Assembly (NCBI GenBank): GCA_045587665.1 | Contig: JAZNCT010000088.1 | Span: 13,621 to 77,620 of the forward strand | Direction of reading: 5' to 3' | Origin: Eubacteriales bacterium | Lineage (GTDB): Bacteria; Bacillota; Clostridia; Oscillospirales; CAG-272 | Length of the DNA stretch: 64,000 bases | Shown: in pieces, positions 1-8,961 of the stretch | Numbering within the stretch: the stretch's first letter is position 1 | Layout: every line of letters starts with the position of its first letter | The notes under the pieces: model-generated | What the model saw: only the letters and a program-made list of their open reading frames with translations | Told to the model about the DNA's origin: nothing | Databases searched by the model: none | Program-made: the position numbers and the translations under genes

Positions 1-579
1 CGCAACCTTTGTGTTGTCGCCTATTCGCATGGGGCCAAGGACCTTTGCACCGGCACCCACCATAACATTGTTGCCAAGAGTAGGATGACGCTTGCCCACA
101 TCTTTGCCTGTACCGCCAAGAGTAACTCCCTGATATATCGTACAGTCATCGCCTATCTCGGTAGTCTCACCGATAACGACAGCCGCTCCGTGGTCAATAA
201 AAAATCTTTTTCCTATCTTTGCACCCGGGTGTATCTCTATTCCCGTGACAAATTTAGCAAGCTGGCTCACCGCTCTTGCACTGAAATAATGTTCGGTGAG
301 ATAAAGCCTGTGTGAAACTCTGTAGGCAAGAATTGCGTGAAGACCGGAATACAGAAGCAGTACCTCAGCATCACTCTTTGCTGCAGGGTCACGTTCACGA
401 AAGGTTCTTATCTCCTCTTTTACGCCATCTGACGTGTTTTTTATATTAGAGGGAAGGGCGGCTATCCCTTCTGCCAATCTTATAGCTTTTTTAGAAGCTC
501 TCCTCGCTCCCTTTGAAAGTTTTTCCCCAAGGGCATCAACATCCCTCATAAAGGCCTTTGTGTCGATGATAAATCTCAT
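1..579 (-). CDS. cysE: Serine O-acetyltransferase; the C-terminus is cut by the window edge
   Basis: Not in the ORF track because it runs off the left edge. Minus-strand translation from the ATG (rc of 577-579) gives [20 protein letters not shown]...[33 protein letters not shown]...[70 protein letters not shown]. This shows the SAT N-terminal region followed by hexapeptide-repeat beta-helix. Confidence 0.85.
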   Translation of the reverse strand, partial: MRFIIDTKAFMRDVDALGEKLSKGARRASKKAIRLAEGIAALPSNIKNTSDGVKEEIRTFRERDPAAKSDAEVLLLYSGLHAILAYRVSHRLYLTEHYFSARAVSQLAKFVTGIEIHPGAKIGKRFFIDHGAAVVIGETTEIGDDCTIYQGVTLGGTGKDVGKRHPTLGNNVMVGAGAKVLGPMRIGDNTKVA

Positions 580-610
580 AAATCTCTCCATATCCAAAAT
601 CAAAGCGCCG

Positions 611-845
611 AAAAACAAAAGCCTCTGTACCCGGGGGGTACAGAGGCGCAAATTGCACGGTTCCACTCTGCTTGCCGCATTTTCGGCATCTCATAAGTCT
701 TTAACGCAACAATGCGACCGCAGCCTACTAAAGCTTTCAGCCCGGGGTCTCACGGAGGCACAACCCGACTCTGCCGCACTCCCGCTCTCAGCCCTTGGCG
801 GAAGCTCTCTTTACGGTGTTTTTTCGGTTTCTTTCCGTTCACAGA
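611..845 (-). promoter_or_regulatory. T-box leader (tRNA-sensing transcription attenuator) upstream of cysE
   Basis: Read on the minus strand: aaAGAGAGc GA-type motif, gagagcggg..gtgcgg distal-type motifs, AGTAGG, F-box-like tgcgttaa, and a T-box-like core agaGTGGaACCGtG (about 649-669). An intrinsic terminator follows: gcctctgtacc/ggtacagaggc (rc of 621-647) plus ttttgttttt (rc of 611-620). The specifier codon cannot be assigned by eye. Confidence 0.7.
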
Positions 846-859
846 CCGTGTTTGCTAAT

Positions 860-888
860 ATTATATACAACTTTCTCCCATTTGTAAA
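860..888 (-). promoter_or_regulatory. Sigma-A type promoter for the T-box/cysE transcript
   Basis: Minus strand reads TTTACA (rc of 883-888), a 17-nt spacer, then TATAAT (rc of 860-865 region). Confidence 0.5.
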
Positions 889-997
889 GGGTTTTTCAAA
901 ATTTTTTTATTTTCACCGCTCTTTGACAAAAAAATCCGCCTTTCTTAACCTTATCTTCTATAATAAGATAATGGAAGAATAAATATGTGAAAAACTC

Positions 998-1026
998 TTG
1001 ACATAACTTGATTTAAATGTTATAAT
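998..1026 (+). promoter_or_regulatory. Consensus sigma-A promoter for the LCP-sortase operon
   Basis: TTGACA at 998-1003, exactly 17 nt, TATAAT at 1021-1026. Confidence 0.6.
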
Positions 1027-1060
1027 GGCGTAGTAATATAATTGGGTGAGTTGTTTAAAA

Positions 1061-2212
1061 ATGGAAAACTATTCCAAATCTAAGAGAAAAAACGGCAGTT
1101 CGCTTTCTGTTTTAAAAAGAAGAGTTCTCATCGCCGCCGCCTGTTTTTTTGCTGTGCTTGTGATTCTTATCGGCGTTATGGTCGGTGTTTTTTTTGCTCT
1201 AAAAACTTCGGGCAGTCTTTCGATAGAGGAAAGGCGGAAAAACGAGCTCACCGCCATGCCCGATTATGTTTATGATCCAAATACGGTCAGCTACAACGGT
1301 AAAAAATACAAGTATAACGAGAATGTTACCACATTTCTCTTTATGGGCATAGACACCGGAAGGCTTGACGAAGAGGCTTGGCAAAGAGCAAAGGCCCTTG
1401 CAAAGAAAACCGGAAAAAGTGTTGAACAAATGTATCAGCGTGTGCTCCAGATATATGAAGACCTTGAATTGCACGAGCCAAAGGTAGGCCACTCGGATGT
1501 TCTTCTTCTGGTTGTTCTTGACGAAACAAAAAAGCACGCATCTATTATTTCGATAGACAGAAATTCTATGTCCTATTTCGAAGCATATGATGATGCAGGT
1601 AACCCAATGGGTTCTTCTGAGGGTCAGCTTGCTCTCTCCTATTCATATGGAGACGGAGCGCATGAGAGCTGTAAAATGACAGCCCGTGCAGTTTCTGATT
1701 TTCTATATGAAATACCCATTCATGCTTACTATTCCATGAAATATAAAGCGATCAAGGAGCTTAACGATGCCGTTGGCGGTGTAACGGTGACGATTTCAAC
1801 CGATATGACGGGGGTAAACGAAGCCTTCATAAAAGGGGAAACCGTAACGCTTGACGGCGAGATGGCAGCTATGTATCTTAGTGCCAGACGGGATGTTGGC
1901 GACGGCTCAAACGAGGGCAGACTGGAGAGGCAGAAGCAGTACATTTTTTCATTTATAGAAGCTGCTATAAGTGCCATAAAAAAGGACTGGGGCTTACCGG
2001 CAGATCTTTATGGGCGGCTTGCCGGAAACAGCTGCACAGATCTTAGTGCAGACGAGATCGTATATCTGGCTTCTCTTGCACCCGGGCTTGATATTTCTTA
2101 CCACAGCATAAAGGGCACGACCGACACCGGCGGTGCGTTTGCCGAATTCAGGCCGGATGAGGATGCTCTCTGGCAGCTTATTTTGGATATTTTCTATATT
2201 TGTGAGGATTGA
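1061..2212 (+). CDS. LytR-CpsA-Psr (LCP) family cell-wall polymer phosphotransferase, membrane anchored
   Basis: ORF 1046..2212; I prefer the ATG at 1061 (MENYSK). It has an N-terminal TM helix (VLIAAACFFAVLVILIGVMVGVFFAL). LCP-type core motifs are FLFMGIDTG ... SDVLLLVVLDETKKHASIISIDRNSM ... AMYLSARRDVGDGSNEGRLERQKQ. Confidence 0.8.
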   Translation: MENYSKSKRKNGSSLSVLKRRVLIAAACFFAVLVILIGVMVGVFFALKTSGSLSIEERRKNELTAMPDYVYDPNTVSYNGKKYKYNENVTTFLFMGIDTGRLDEEAWQRAKALAKKTGKSVEQMYQRVLQIYEDLELHEPKVGHSDVLLLVVLDETKKHASIISIDRNSMSYFEAYDDAGNPMGSSEGQLALSYSYGDGAHESCKMTARAVSDFLYEIPIHAYYSMKYKAIKELNDAVGGVTVTISTDMTGVNEAFIKGETVTLDGEMAAMYLSARRDVGDGSNEGRLERQKQYIFSFIEAAISAIKKDWGLPADLYGRLAGNSCTDLSADEIVYLASLAPGLDISYHSIKGTTDTGGAFAEFRPDEDALWQLILDIFYICED

Positions 2213-2219
2213 TATATAA

Positions 2220-3092
2220 ATGGAGAATAAAGACGTTAGCGCTAAAAGGAGCTCAAAAAAGCGTTTTATATTCTGGCTGATAGTCTTTATCATTTTTGTC
2301 ACTGTAGCAGCTGCTTGTCTTGGCGTTTGGGTCTATCACCTGGTGCTCAGAAAGGCTATGAGCGATCTTTATGAGGAGGCAAGGATCCTGTTGCCCGAAG
2401 CCTATGAATATGAAGAACAGATCGCTAATGGAAATCAGCATAATTCTGCCGATTTCCCGGCAGGAAACGAAAGCCAGAATCCGGAGGAGCAGGCACAGGC
2501 AAAGCCTCTTGTCAAGATAAATTTTGAAATTTTAAAACAAACCTCCGTCGATGTTTATTCCTGGATAGAGATTCCCGGAACGGCAATTGCCCTCCCCATA
2601 GTACAGCATCCTGAGAATAATGGATATTATCTCCGCAGAGCCATAAGCGGTGCCTATGACATAACCGGCTGTATCTATACTCAGAATTATAACAGCAAGG
2701 ATTTTTCCGATAAAAACACTCTCATATACGGTCATTATATGGATGACGGCACAAAATTCGGTCCTCTGCTTTCATATATGGACCAGGAATTTTTCAACAG
2801 TCATCGCCGAATAGATATCTATACAGAAAATGAATGGCTCACATATGAGGTCTTTGCGGCACTTCCTTTTGATACAAGACACGTTCTGCGTGCCTACAAG
2901 GCATCGGATGATCCTTATGCAGATTTTCTGAAAGATGTTTATTCTTCAAAAGATGCCCGAACTATAATAGCGAAAGACACACGCGTTGACCCGGAGACAG
3001 ATAAGATAATAACACTCTCTACCTGCCTCAAAACCGGCTCAAGAAGGTTTCTTGTGCTAGCTAAGCTTGTGAAATCACAATTATGTGAATAA
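2220..3092 (+). CDS. srtB: Class B sortase
   Basis: N-terminal TM anchor. SrtB-like motifs: VDVYSWIEIPGTAIALPIVQHPENNGYYLRR, NTLIYGHYMDDGTKFGPL, catalytic-Cys context IITLSTC, RFLVLAKL. Confidence 0.85.
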   Translation: MENKDVSAKRSSKKRFIFWLIVFIIFVTVAAACLGVWVYHLVLRKAMSDLYEEARILLPEAYEYEEQIANGNQHNSADFPAGNESQNPEEQAQAKPLVKINFEILKQTSVDVYSWIEIPGTAIALPIVQHPENNGYYLRRAISGAYDITGCIYTQNYNSKDFSDKNTLIYGHYMDDGTKFGPLLSYMDQEFFNSHRRIDIYTENEWLTYEVFAALPFDTRHVLRAYKASDDPYADFLKDVYSSKDARTIIAKDTRVDPETDKIITLSTCLKTGSRRFLVLAKLVKSQLCE

Positions 3093-3125
3093 TTAAAAAT
3101 ATAATTTCAAAAAGGAGACACAATC

Positions 3126-3839
3126 ATGAAAAAACTCTTATCTATCCTCGTTATGACAGCACTTGTTCTCTCTTCTCTCGCCCTTGCTATCTCCGCAACA
3201 GGCAGCCCCACAGGCGAGATCACCAAGGCAGATGAGGCTGAGCCCACTGTTGTTGACAAGGACGGCAACGCTGTTACAGAGATCGCTGACGGCGAAATGA
3301 TCAAGGTAACAGATGACGACGAAGCAGAGCACATCCCCGAATCTGATGAATTTGCAGAAACTTTTGGCGAAAAGTATGCTGACTATAAGGCATACGGCGC
3401 TTTCCACGTAACACTTACAGATCACGGTAAGGCAATCGTTAAAGACGGTAAGCTCACAGGCATCAAGATCACTATCACAGTTCCCGGTCTTTCTGCAGCA
3501 AACGCTCCCACAGTTTACTATCACGATGTTGCTCACAACAAGTACATCATCGTTGAAAGCACTGTTGAAGGCAACAAGATCACATTCACAGCTCTTCCCC
3601 TTACAGGTGAAGTTTCCACAGCAAGCGTTGCTAAGGCTGTAAATGCTCTCACAGCAACCGTTCTCTCTGCAACAGCTGATCATGTAATCAGCGATACAGA
3701 TATCGGTTACTACGGTATCATCTACACAGGTGCAGCTACATCTCCTTCCACCGGCGTTCCCACAGCAGCTTTCGTTATCGTTCTCGTAGTTGCTCTCGCA
3801 GGTGCTGCATTTGCAGGCAAGAAGATCTTTGCTAAGTGA
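3126..3839 (+). CDS. Secreted cell-wall-anchored surface protein (predicted SrtB substrate)
   Basis: Signal peptide MKKLLSILVMTALVLSSLALAISA. C-terminal sorting signal is SPSTG, then a hydrophobic stretch (VPTAAFVIVLVVALAGAAFA), then a basic tail (GKKIFAK). Strong AAG-over-AAA lysine codon bias (14:3), like rplL. Confidence 0.75.
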   Translation: MKKLLSILVMTALVLSSLALAISATGSPTGEITKADEAEPTVVDKDGNAVTEIADGEMIKVTDDDEAEHIPESDEFAETFGEKYADYKAYGAFHVTLTDHGKAIVKDGKLTGIKITITVPGLSAANAPTVYYHDVAHNKYIIVESTVEGNKITFTALPLTGEVSTASVAKAVNALTATVLSATADHVISDTDIGYYGIIYTGAATSPSTGVPTAAFVIVLVVALAGAAFAGKKIFAK

Positions 3840-3867
3840 TTTAATTAACATAAAATTGTGATTTAGA

Positions 3868-3905
3868 TAAAAAGCACCCGTGGCATAGCCACGGGGCTTT
3901 TTATC
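3868..3905 (+). terminator. Intrinsic terminator after the surface protein gene
   Basis: aaaaagcacccgtggcatagccacggggcttttt: a GC stem followed by a T-run. Confidence 0.7.
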
Positions 3906-4045
3906 TTTTATAAAAGTTTTTTCAGTATAAACTAATACTCAGAACCAAATGAAGGGCGAAAACACACCTGTTTGTGCAGCAACTAACTTTTTACAAACTT
4001 CAATCAGCTAAAACCCCTCAAAGCTAATAAGCCCTGAGGGGGAGG

Positions 4046-4783
4046 TTATTTTACTATTGCAAGCATTTTATTTAAAAATCCTTCGATTGCCGCCTTTACA
4101 GCCGCTTCGTTTGTCAAATACAATATAAGAACTGCCATGCAGAGAACAACTGCCAAAGCACAAATAAGTATCTTCTTTTTTGAAACCTCTAATTTCAGCG
4201 AAGGATCACAAAGCCCCAATCGGCAAAGGCTGGGAAGAAGAGCTCTTATGAACACAGTCATTATGAAGACCTCAAATGGGAACATAAGCAGATTTTTTAT
4301 GCCCGAAAGGGCAACATAATAAAGGTAAAAGTTCCCGCCTGCCAGTCTCCATACCGAACCGAGAAGCACGTTTACAAAAACGTTTATCACCAGCTTTGCA
4401 AGTGCAAGTCTTTCAAAAGAGAGCTTTGCCCTGTATAGAAAAAGTGCATATATAAGTGCGCTGAGAACAGCCGAAAGAGTATAACCCGGATGAAAGGGAT
4501 ATCCCGTTGGAAATATCATAGCACCGACAACGTCAACAATAATTCCGCAGGGGATAGCCAAAACAGGTCCTGTTATAAAGGAACACAGGGAAATAACGGT
4601 AAAAGAAAACGAAACCGTCAGTATTCCGGGAATGATCGGTATCTGAAATTTTTCCATAACTATGGCAACCGCACAAAGAATGGCACAGATAACAAGCGAT
4701 CTGATATTATGCAGCTCCTTCAGCGCATCTTTCCAATATCCCCCCGACACCGGGAACCGGTATGTATTAAACTGTTTTTTCAA
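4046..4783 (-). CDS. ECF transporter S component (folate-family-like substrate-capture subunit)
   Basis: 245-aa polytopic membrane protein. The N-terminal pattern (KELHNIRSLVICAILCAVAIVMEKFQIPIIPGILTVSFSFTVISLCSFITGPV) resembles folate-type ECF S components as I recall them. There are no ECF A/T genes adjacent. Confidence 0.55.
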   Translation of the reverse strand: MKKQFNTYRFPVSGGYWKDALKELHNIRSLVICAILCAVAIVMEKFQIPIIPGILTVSFSFTVISLCSFITGPVLAIPCGIIVDVVGAMIFPTGYPFHPGYTLSAVLSALIYALFLYRAKLSFERLALAKLVINVFVNVLLGSVWRLAGGNFYLYYVALSGIKNLLMFPFEVFIMTVFIRALLPSLCRLGLCDPSLKLEVSKKKILICALAVVLCMAVLILYLTNEAAVKAAIEGFLNKMLAIVK

Positions 4784-4805
4784 ATTGCATCACTCCAAGC
4801 AAAAA

Positions 4806-6494
4806 TCAATTAAAGCTGTCGATAGCCATATCGCAAACGAGCAGCGTTTCTTCTTCATTAACAAAAACCAAGGATAAAGTTCCTTCATAAAGCTTTTCAT
4901 TTCTGTAAAATCTAAGATGAACAGAAAAATCCACTTCACAGTAAAACAGATTATCAGAAAGAGGAACAAAATTTTTCGGCTCTATAAGGTCTATGCGATA
5001 TACGCCCTGGTTTACAAATTCAAAGCTGCTTTTTGAGCTTCTGATCTGCTTAAATCCGGGGCTCTGCGGCTTCATAAGGCTGATAAGGGCGTTGTAGTTT
5101 TCTTCAATTCCAACGGCACCGTTTGCCACATAGTGAAAATACGCTTTTGTAAAAGCTTCTGCCGCGGAAGTCGCCGTGCTCTGAAGCTCTGCACTTGAGG
5201 CACCGTAATAATAAGCAAAAAATGTCTGTTTTTCTCTCGACTGATAAGAAATATCAAGAGGCTCTCCCAAAAGAGAAGCACTGATATCAGGCTCACATAT
5301 AAGCCCCCTTATTTCATAATGAGCACCTGTTGGCTTTTTTGATGCGGCAAGATATTCAACACCAGAAAGTGAAGGGTAGGGGGTGATTCCCACAATGTAT
5401 TTTTCATCCGCCGCAACCCCGTTTATATATAGGACCGCCCCTTCCGGAACAATGGCACTGACCTTATATTTACTCTCGTCCGAATAAAGATAGACCAAAC
5501 GGTAAGCGCCGTCCTCTCCTTCAAACCAGTTGCCCTCCAGCATTTCTCCGTTTACCGAAACAGAAAAAGCCGATTTATCCCGCTCTCCGCTTAAAAGATA
5601 TGAAACCGTCTTTGGAAGAGCATCACCAAGTCCCTTTTCAAACTCACTCAGTGCATCCCCAAGCTCTCCTTCTACCGCAAGAGAACTGTCGGGCACTCTT
5701 CCTCCAATATGTATATCTGCAGCTGAGGGGGCAGTTAATATAAACGTTCTGTTTTTCTGAGAAAACCAATCGGCCTTATTTCCTATCACGTCAAGAGGCT
5801 CTGTATTAGTCATATACGAGGTCTCAAGGAGCGGCAATGTGCAAAGCTGATCAAATTTATAAATATCGCATTTTGTGTTTTCATCCAAAATCACACATGG
5901 GCCACTGTATTCGGCACTTTTTTCGATGATATGAGTCTCATCTGCCACTCTGCCGTTAACGCTCAGCTTTGCCCCGTGGGGAACACACACAGTTATTGAA
6001 AGCCTTTCAATTGCGCCCGAAACAGCCTCATCATAGATCCGGGCAGAATCTATCTCCCACCTTGCAATACCGAACAAAGCATCCTTTTCACTCCTTTTCA
6101 GAGTGATCTTGCCTATATCATTCTCTCCGCAGATAATGCGGAATACAGGTCTTTGGGATGTATATTCCTTTGCAAGCTTTGCAGTGCTTTTCTCACCAAG
6201 AAGATATTCACTGCGAGCAAGCACGAGAGGAGCATCCTCAAAAGGACTAATGGTGCCAAGTTTATCCTCTATCATCGCGGCAAGGCTTGCATCAGTAAGC
6301 GACATAACAAACCGGGCTGCTGTTTTTTCGGGCAGGTTTTCTTCATAAGTATAAAGAAAAGCCGCAAGAATTCCTAAGAGCACCGCTATAACCGCCAAAA
6401 GGATTGCCGCATAAATAGCAGAGGCACGACCAAAAAACGAAAGCCTATGCTCACGCGGTTTCCTTATGTTCTTTTTTTCGGAATTCTCAGCCAA
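4806..6494 (-). CDS. Hypothetical membrane-anchored extracytoplasmic protein (562 aa)
   Basis: Long ORF with a TTG start after gaaggg. A single N-terminal TM (AIYAAILLAVIAVLLGILAAFLY) precedes a ~500-aa ectodomain. I recognise no motif. It ends 23 nt upstream of the ECF S gene. Confidence 0.6.
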   Translation of the reverse strand: MAENSEKKNIRKPREHRLSFFGRASAIYAAILLAVIAVLLGILAAFLYTYEENLPEKTAARFVMSLTDASLAAMIEDKLGTISPFEDAPLVLARSEYLLGEKSTAKLAKEYTSQRPVFRIICGENDIGKITLKRSEKDALFGIARWEIDSARIYDEAVSGAIERLSITVCVPHGAKLSVNGRVADETHIIEKSAEYSGPCVILDENTKCDIYKFDQLCTLPLLETSYMTNTEPLDVIGNKADWFSQKNRTFILTAPSAADIHIGGRVPDSSLAVEGELGDALSEFEKGLGDALPKTVSYLLSGERDKSAFSVSVNGEMLEGNWFEGEDGAYRLVYLYSDESKYKVSAIVPEGAVLYINGVAADEKYIVGITPYPSLSGVEYLAASKKPTGAHYEIRGLICEPDISASLLGEPLDISYQSREKQTFFAYYYGASSAELQSTATSAAEAFTKAYFHYVANGAVGIEENYNALISLMKPQSPGFKQIRSSKSSFEFVNQGVYRIDLIEPKNFVPLSDNLFYCEVDFSVHLRFYRNEKLYEGTLSLVFVNEEETLLVCDMAIDSFN

Positions 6495-6533
6495 TTCTTT
6501 CAGCCCTTCTTCTTTTCTTTATCGCTCTTATAT

Positions 6534-6604
6534 ATTGTATCATGGTTTTCCTGTGCCGTCAATAATTTTTGCGCATAATTATTCAATAATTTTGCACAGG
6601 AAAA
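6534..6604 (-). promoter_or_regulatory. Sigma-A promoter with an embedded 11-bp inverted repeat (candidate operator)
   Basis: Minus strand: TTGACG (rc of 6557-6562), 17 nt, TACAAT (rc of 6534-6539). A perfect inverted repeat, ttttcctgtgc (6546-6556) / gcacaggaaaa (6594-6604), brackets the -35 element. An internal direct repeat caataatttt occurs twice. Confidence 0.45.
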
Positions 6605-6729
6605 TTGGATAAGTCTACACAAAATTTAACCGAGATAGGGCGGAAATGTAAAAAAATAATGTATACTATTGAAAAAAAACAGCTTATATGATATTATATA
6701 ATATGTATACTTGCAGATATGGAGGGGTT

Positions 6730-7062
6730 ATGGAAGAAAAACGTTTTCGCAAAAACGATAATTGTTTTGTCTGTGTAAATTGCGGCAAAAAGGTTGAAGC
6801 ACTGGGCTATAGCTCACGCAATCATTGCCCATTTTGCCTTTATTCTCTCCATGTAGATGTAAACCCCGGCGACAGGAGCAGCGATTGCGGCGGCCTGCTG
6901 CGCCCCATTAAAGTTGAGACAGATCCAAGAAAAGGATATATAATCATTCACAAATGTGAAAAATGCGGTGCCATAAGACGCAACCGCGCTGCTCACTTGG
7001 CAAAGACACAGCCGGATGATATTAAAAAGCTGATAAAGCTGACCGCAGGTCAATTGGAATAA
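6730..7062 (+). CDS. RNHCP domain-containing zinc-ribbon protein
   Basis: ORF 6688..7062; I prefer the ATG at 6730, which follows ggagg. It contains the literal RNHCP motif (SSRNHCPFCLYSLHVD) and Cys pairs CFVCVNCG / CEKCG. Confidence 0.7.
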   Translation: MEEKRFRKNDNCFVCVNCGKKVEALGYSSRNHCPFCLYSLHVDVNPGDRSSDCGGLLRPIKVETDPRKGYIIIHKCEKCGAIRRNRAAHLAKTQPDDIKKLIKLTAGQLE

Positions 7063-7090
7063 ACAAAATAAGATCTGAAAGGATTTAAAT

Positions 7091-8161
7091 ATGATAAAAA
7101 TAGAGCATTTGGTTAAAAACTATGGCAATTTTTGTGCCGTTGATGATGTGAGCTTCTCTATAGAAGAGGGCGAGATCGTCGGCTTTCTCGGTCCAAACGG
7201 TGCAGGTAAAAGCACGACCATGAATATGCTTACGGGATATCTGTCCTCAAGTGCCGGAAGCGTCAGTATTGCAGGTGTGGATATTCTCGAAGACCCTCTT
7301 AAAGCTAAAAAGATGATAGGTTATCTGCCTGAGCAACCGCCTCTTTATATGGATATGACGGTTGAAGAATACCTGAACTTTGCCTATGAGCTGAAGGACT
7401 GCAAATATAACCGGAAAAAGCATCTTGCAGAAATATGCGAGGTGACAAAAATAAGCGATGTGAGAAAAAAGCTTATTAAAAATCTTTCAAAGGGCTATAA
7501 ACAGAGGGTTGGAATAGCACAGGCTCTTATCAATAACCCGAAAGTTATTATTTTCGACGAACCAACTATCGGTCTTGACCCAAAGCAGATCATTGAGATA
7601 AGAAATCTAATCAGAAATCTGGGCAGAGATCACACTGTTATCCTCAGCACCCATATCCTGCAGGAAGTACAGGCGGTTTGCGACAGAATAATCATCATAA
7701 ACCGAGGCAAAGTCGTTGCCGACGAAAAAACAGAAAACATAAGCCGTGCGATGGAGCAGAGCAGACGCTTTAATGTTAAGATCTGCGGCCCTCAGAGAGA
7801 GGTGCTGGCAATGCTGAAGGATAAAAACGGTATTGTTTATGCCGAAGCACTTGCAGAGAGAGACGGAGACGCTTATACATATATGATAGAAAGCGACGTT
7901 GGCGTTGACATACGCAAAAATCTCTTTTACACGCTCTCTGAAAAGAACTGGCCGCTTATCGGCATGGAGGCTCTCGGTATGAGCCTTGAGGATATCTTTA
8001 TAAATATCGTCGACAAGAGCAACGAAAGAAAAACTCTGAAAAACACTAAAGAAAAGAGCTATAGGCCCGGCAAGAGCGGATTTGAAAAACAGCTTGCCGA
8101 CAATATTATGAAAAATACAAAAGAGGCTCAGAAAAGCGAAAACGATATTTTAGGTAAATAA
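7091..8161 (+). CDS. ABC transporter ATP-binding protein (GldA-like)
   Basis: Walker A GPNGAGKST, signature LSKGYKQR, Walker B VIIFDEPTIGLD, H-loop STHIL. It has a C-terminal extension. Confidence 0.9.
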   Translation: MIKIEHLVKNYGNFCAVDDVSFSIEEGEIVGFLGPNGAGKSTTMNMLTGYLSSSAGSVSIAGVDILEDPLKAKKMIGYLPEQPPLYMDMTVEEYLNFAYELKDCKYNRKKHLAEICEVTKISDVRKKLIKNLSKGYKQRVGIAQALINNPKVIIFDEPTIGLDPKQIIEIRNLIRNLGRDHTVILSTHILQEVQAVCDRIIIINRGKVVADEKTENISRAMEQSRRFNVKICGPQREVLAMLKDKNGIVYAEALAERDGDAYTYMIESDVGVDIRKNLFYTLSEKNWPLIGMEALGMSLEDIFINIVDKSNERKTLKNTKEKSYRPGKSGFEKQLADNIMKNTKEAQKSENDILGK

Positions 8162-8188
8162 CCCTATATAAAGAAAGGAATTGCGAAA

Positions 8189-8941
8189 ATGCTCGCCATA
8201 TATAAAAAAGAACTTAAGTCCTATTTTATCACCCCCGTGGGATATGTTTATATCGGAATATTCCTTGCGCTCAGTGCTCTGATATTCTGCTATACGACTC
8301 TTATGAGCAGAACATATGAAACGGCAAATTATTTTTCAATGCTCATAATGTCCTTTGTTGTACTTATCCCTCTGCTCACAATGAAGCTCTTTTCCGAAGA
8401 GAAGAAGCTTCGCACCGAGCAGATGCTCCTCACCGCCCCTGTTACAGTTACGGGAATGGTTATGGGCAAATATCTTGCGGCACTAACAATGTTTGTCGGC
8501 TCTCTCCTTACTTCCTGCATCAATTTTATTCCGCTTTATTCTGTTGCAATGCAGGAAAGAGCTGAAGCCGGCGAAAGCGCGTCTATCAAGCACATCGGCC
8601 CTGCCGGCGCTGAGATAATCGGTTCTCTTATCGGAGTAATTCTTATCGGCGCCGCCTTTGTTGCTGTTGGCATGCTGATATCAACTCTCACAGAAAATCA
8701 GCTTGCGGCGGCGGTTATCTCGGTGGCGGTCCTGCTCCTGATGCTTCTGCTCAGCATTGTTAATAATTTTATTCCAAACTATGCCATTCGCTTTATTATC
8801 GACTGGTTCTGCGTGCTCAGCAGATTTCTTCCCTTTGGTTATGGACGCTTTGATTTTTCCGCTTTGCTTTATTATATTTCGATTACGGCTGTGTTTATTT
8901 TCCTCACCATTCGCGTTTATGAAAAACGCCGTTGGGGTTGA
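8189..8941 (+). CDS. ABC-2 type transporter permease (GldF-like)
   Basis: 250-aa polytopic membrane protein immediately after the ATPase gene. N-terminus is MLAIYKKELKSYFITPVGYVYIGIFL. Confidence 0.75.
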   Translation: MLAIYKKELKSYFITPVGYVYIGIFLALSALIFCYTTLMSRTYETANYFSMLIMSFVVLIPLLTMKLFSEEKKLRTEQMLLTAPVTVTGMVMGKYLAALTMFVGSLLTSCINFIPLYSVAMQERAEAGESASIKHIGPAGAEIIGSLIGVILIGAAFVAVGMLISTLTENQLAAAVISVAVLLLMLLLSIVNNFIPNYAIRFIIDWFCVLSRFLPFGYGRFDFSALLYYISITAVFIFLTIRVYEKRRWG

Positions 8942-8961
8942 TGCTTTAGGAGGTAATAAAT

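Noticed and set aside
434-982. A 182-aa plus-strand ORF covering the cysE 5' end and its leader.
   Set aside because: It overlaps the well-supported minus-strand cysE start and the T-box and terminator structure. It has no RBS. Its hydrophobic, low-complexity product is typical of a spurious frame.
3138-3851. A 237-aa Cys-rich ORF on the minus strand, exactly mirroring the surface protein gene.
   Set aside because: It is a shadow ORF. The plus-strand frame has a signal peptide, a sorting signal, an RBS and strong codon bias. The antisense frame has no RBS and an implausible Cys-rich composition caused by the complement of gca/aca/gct codons.
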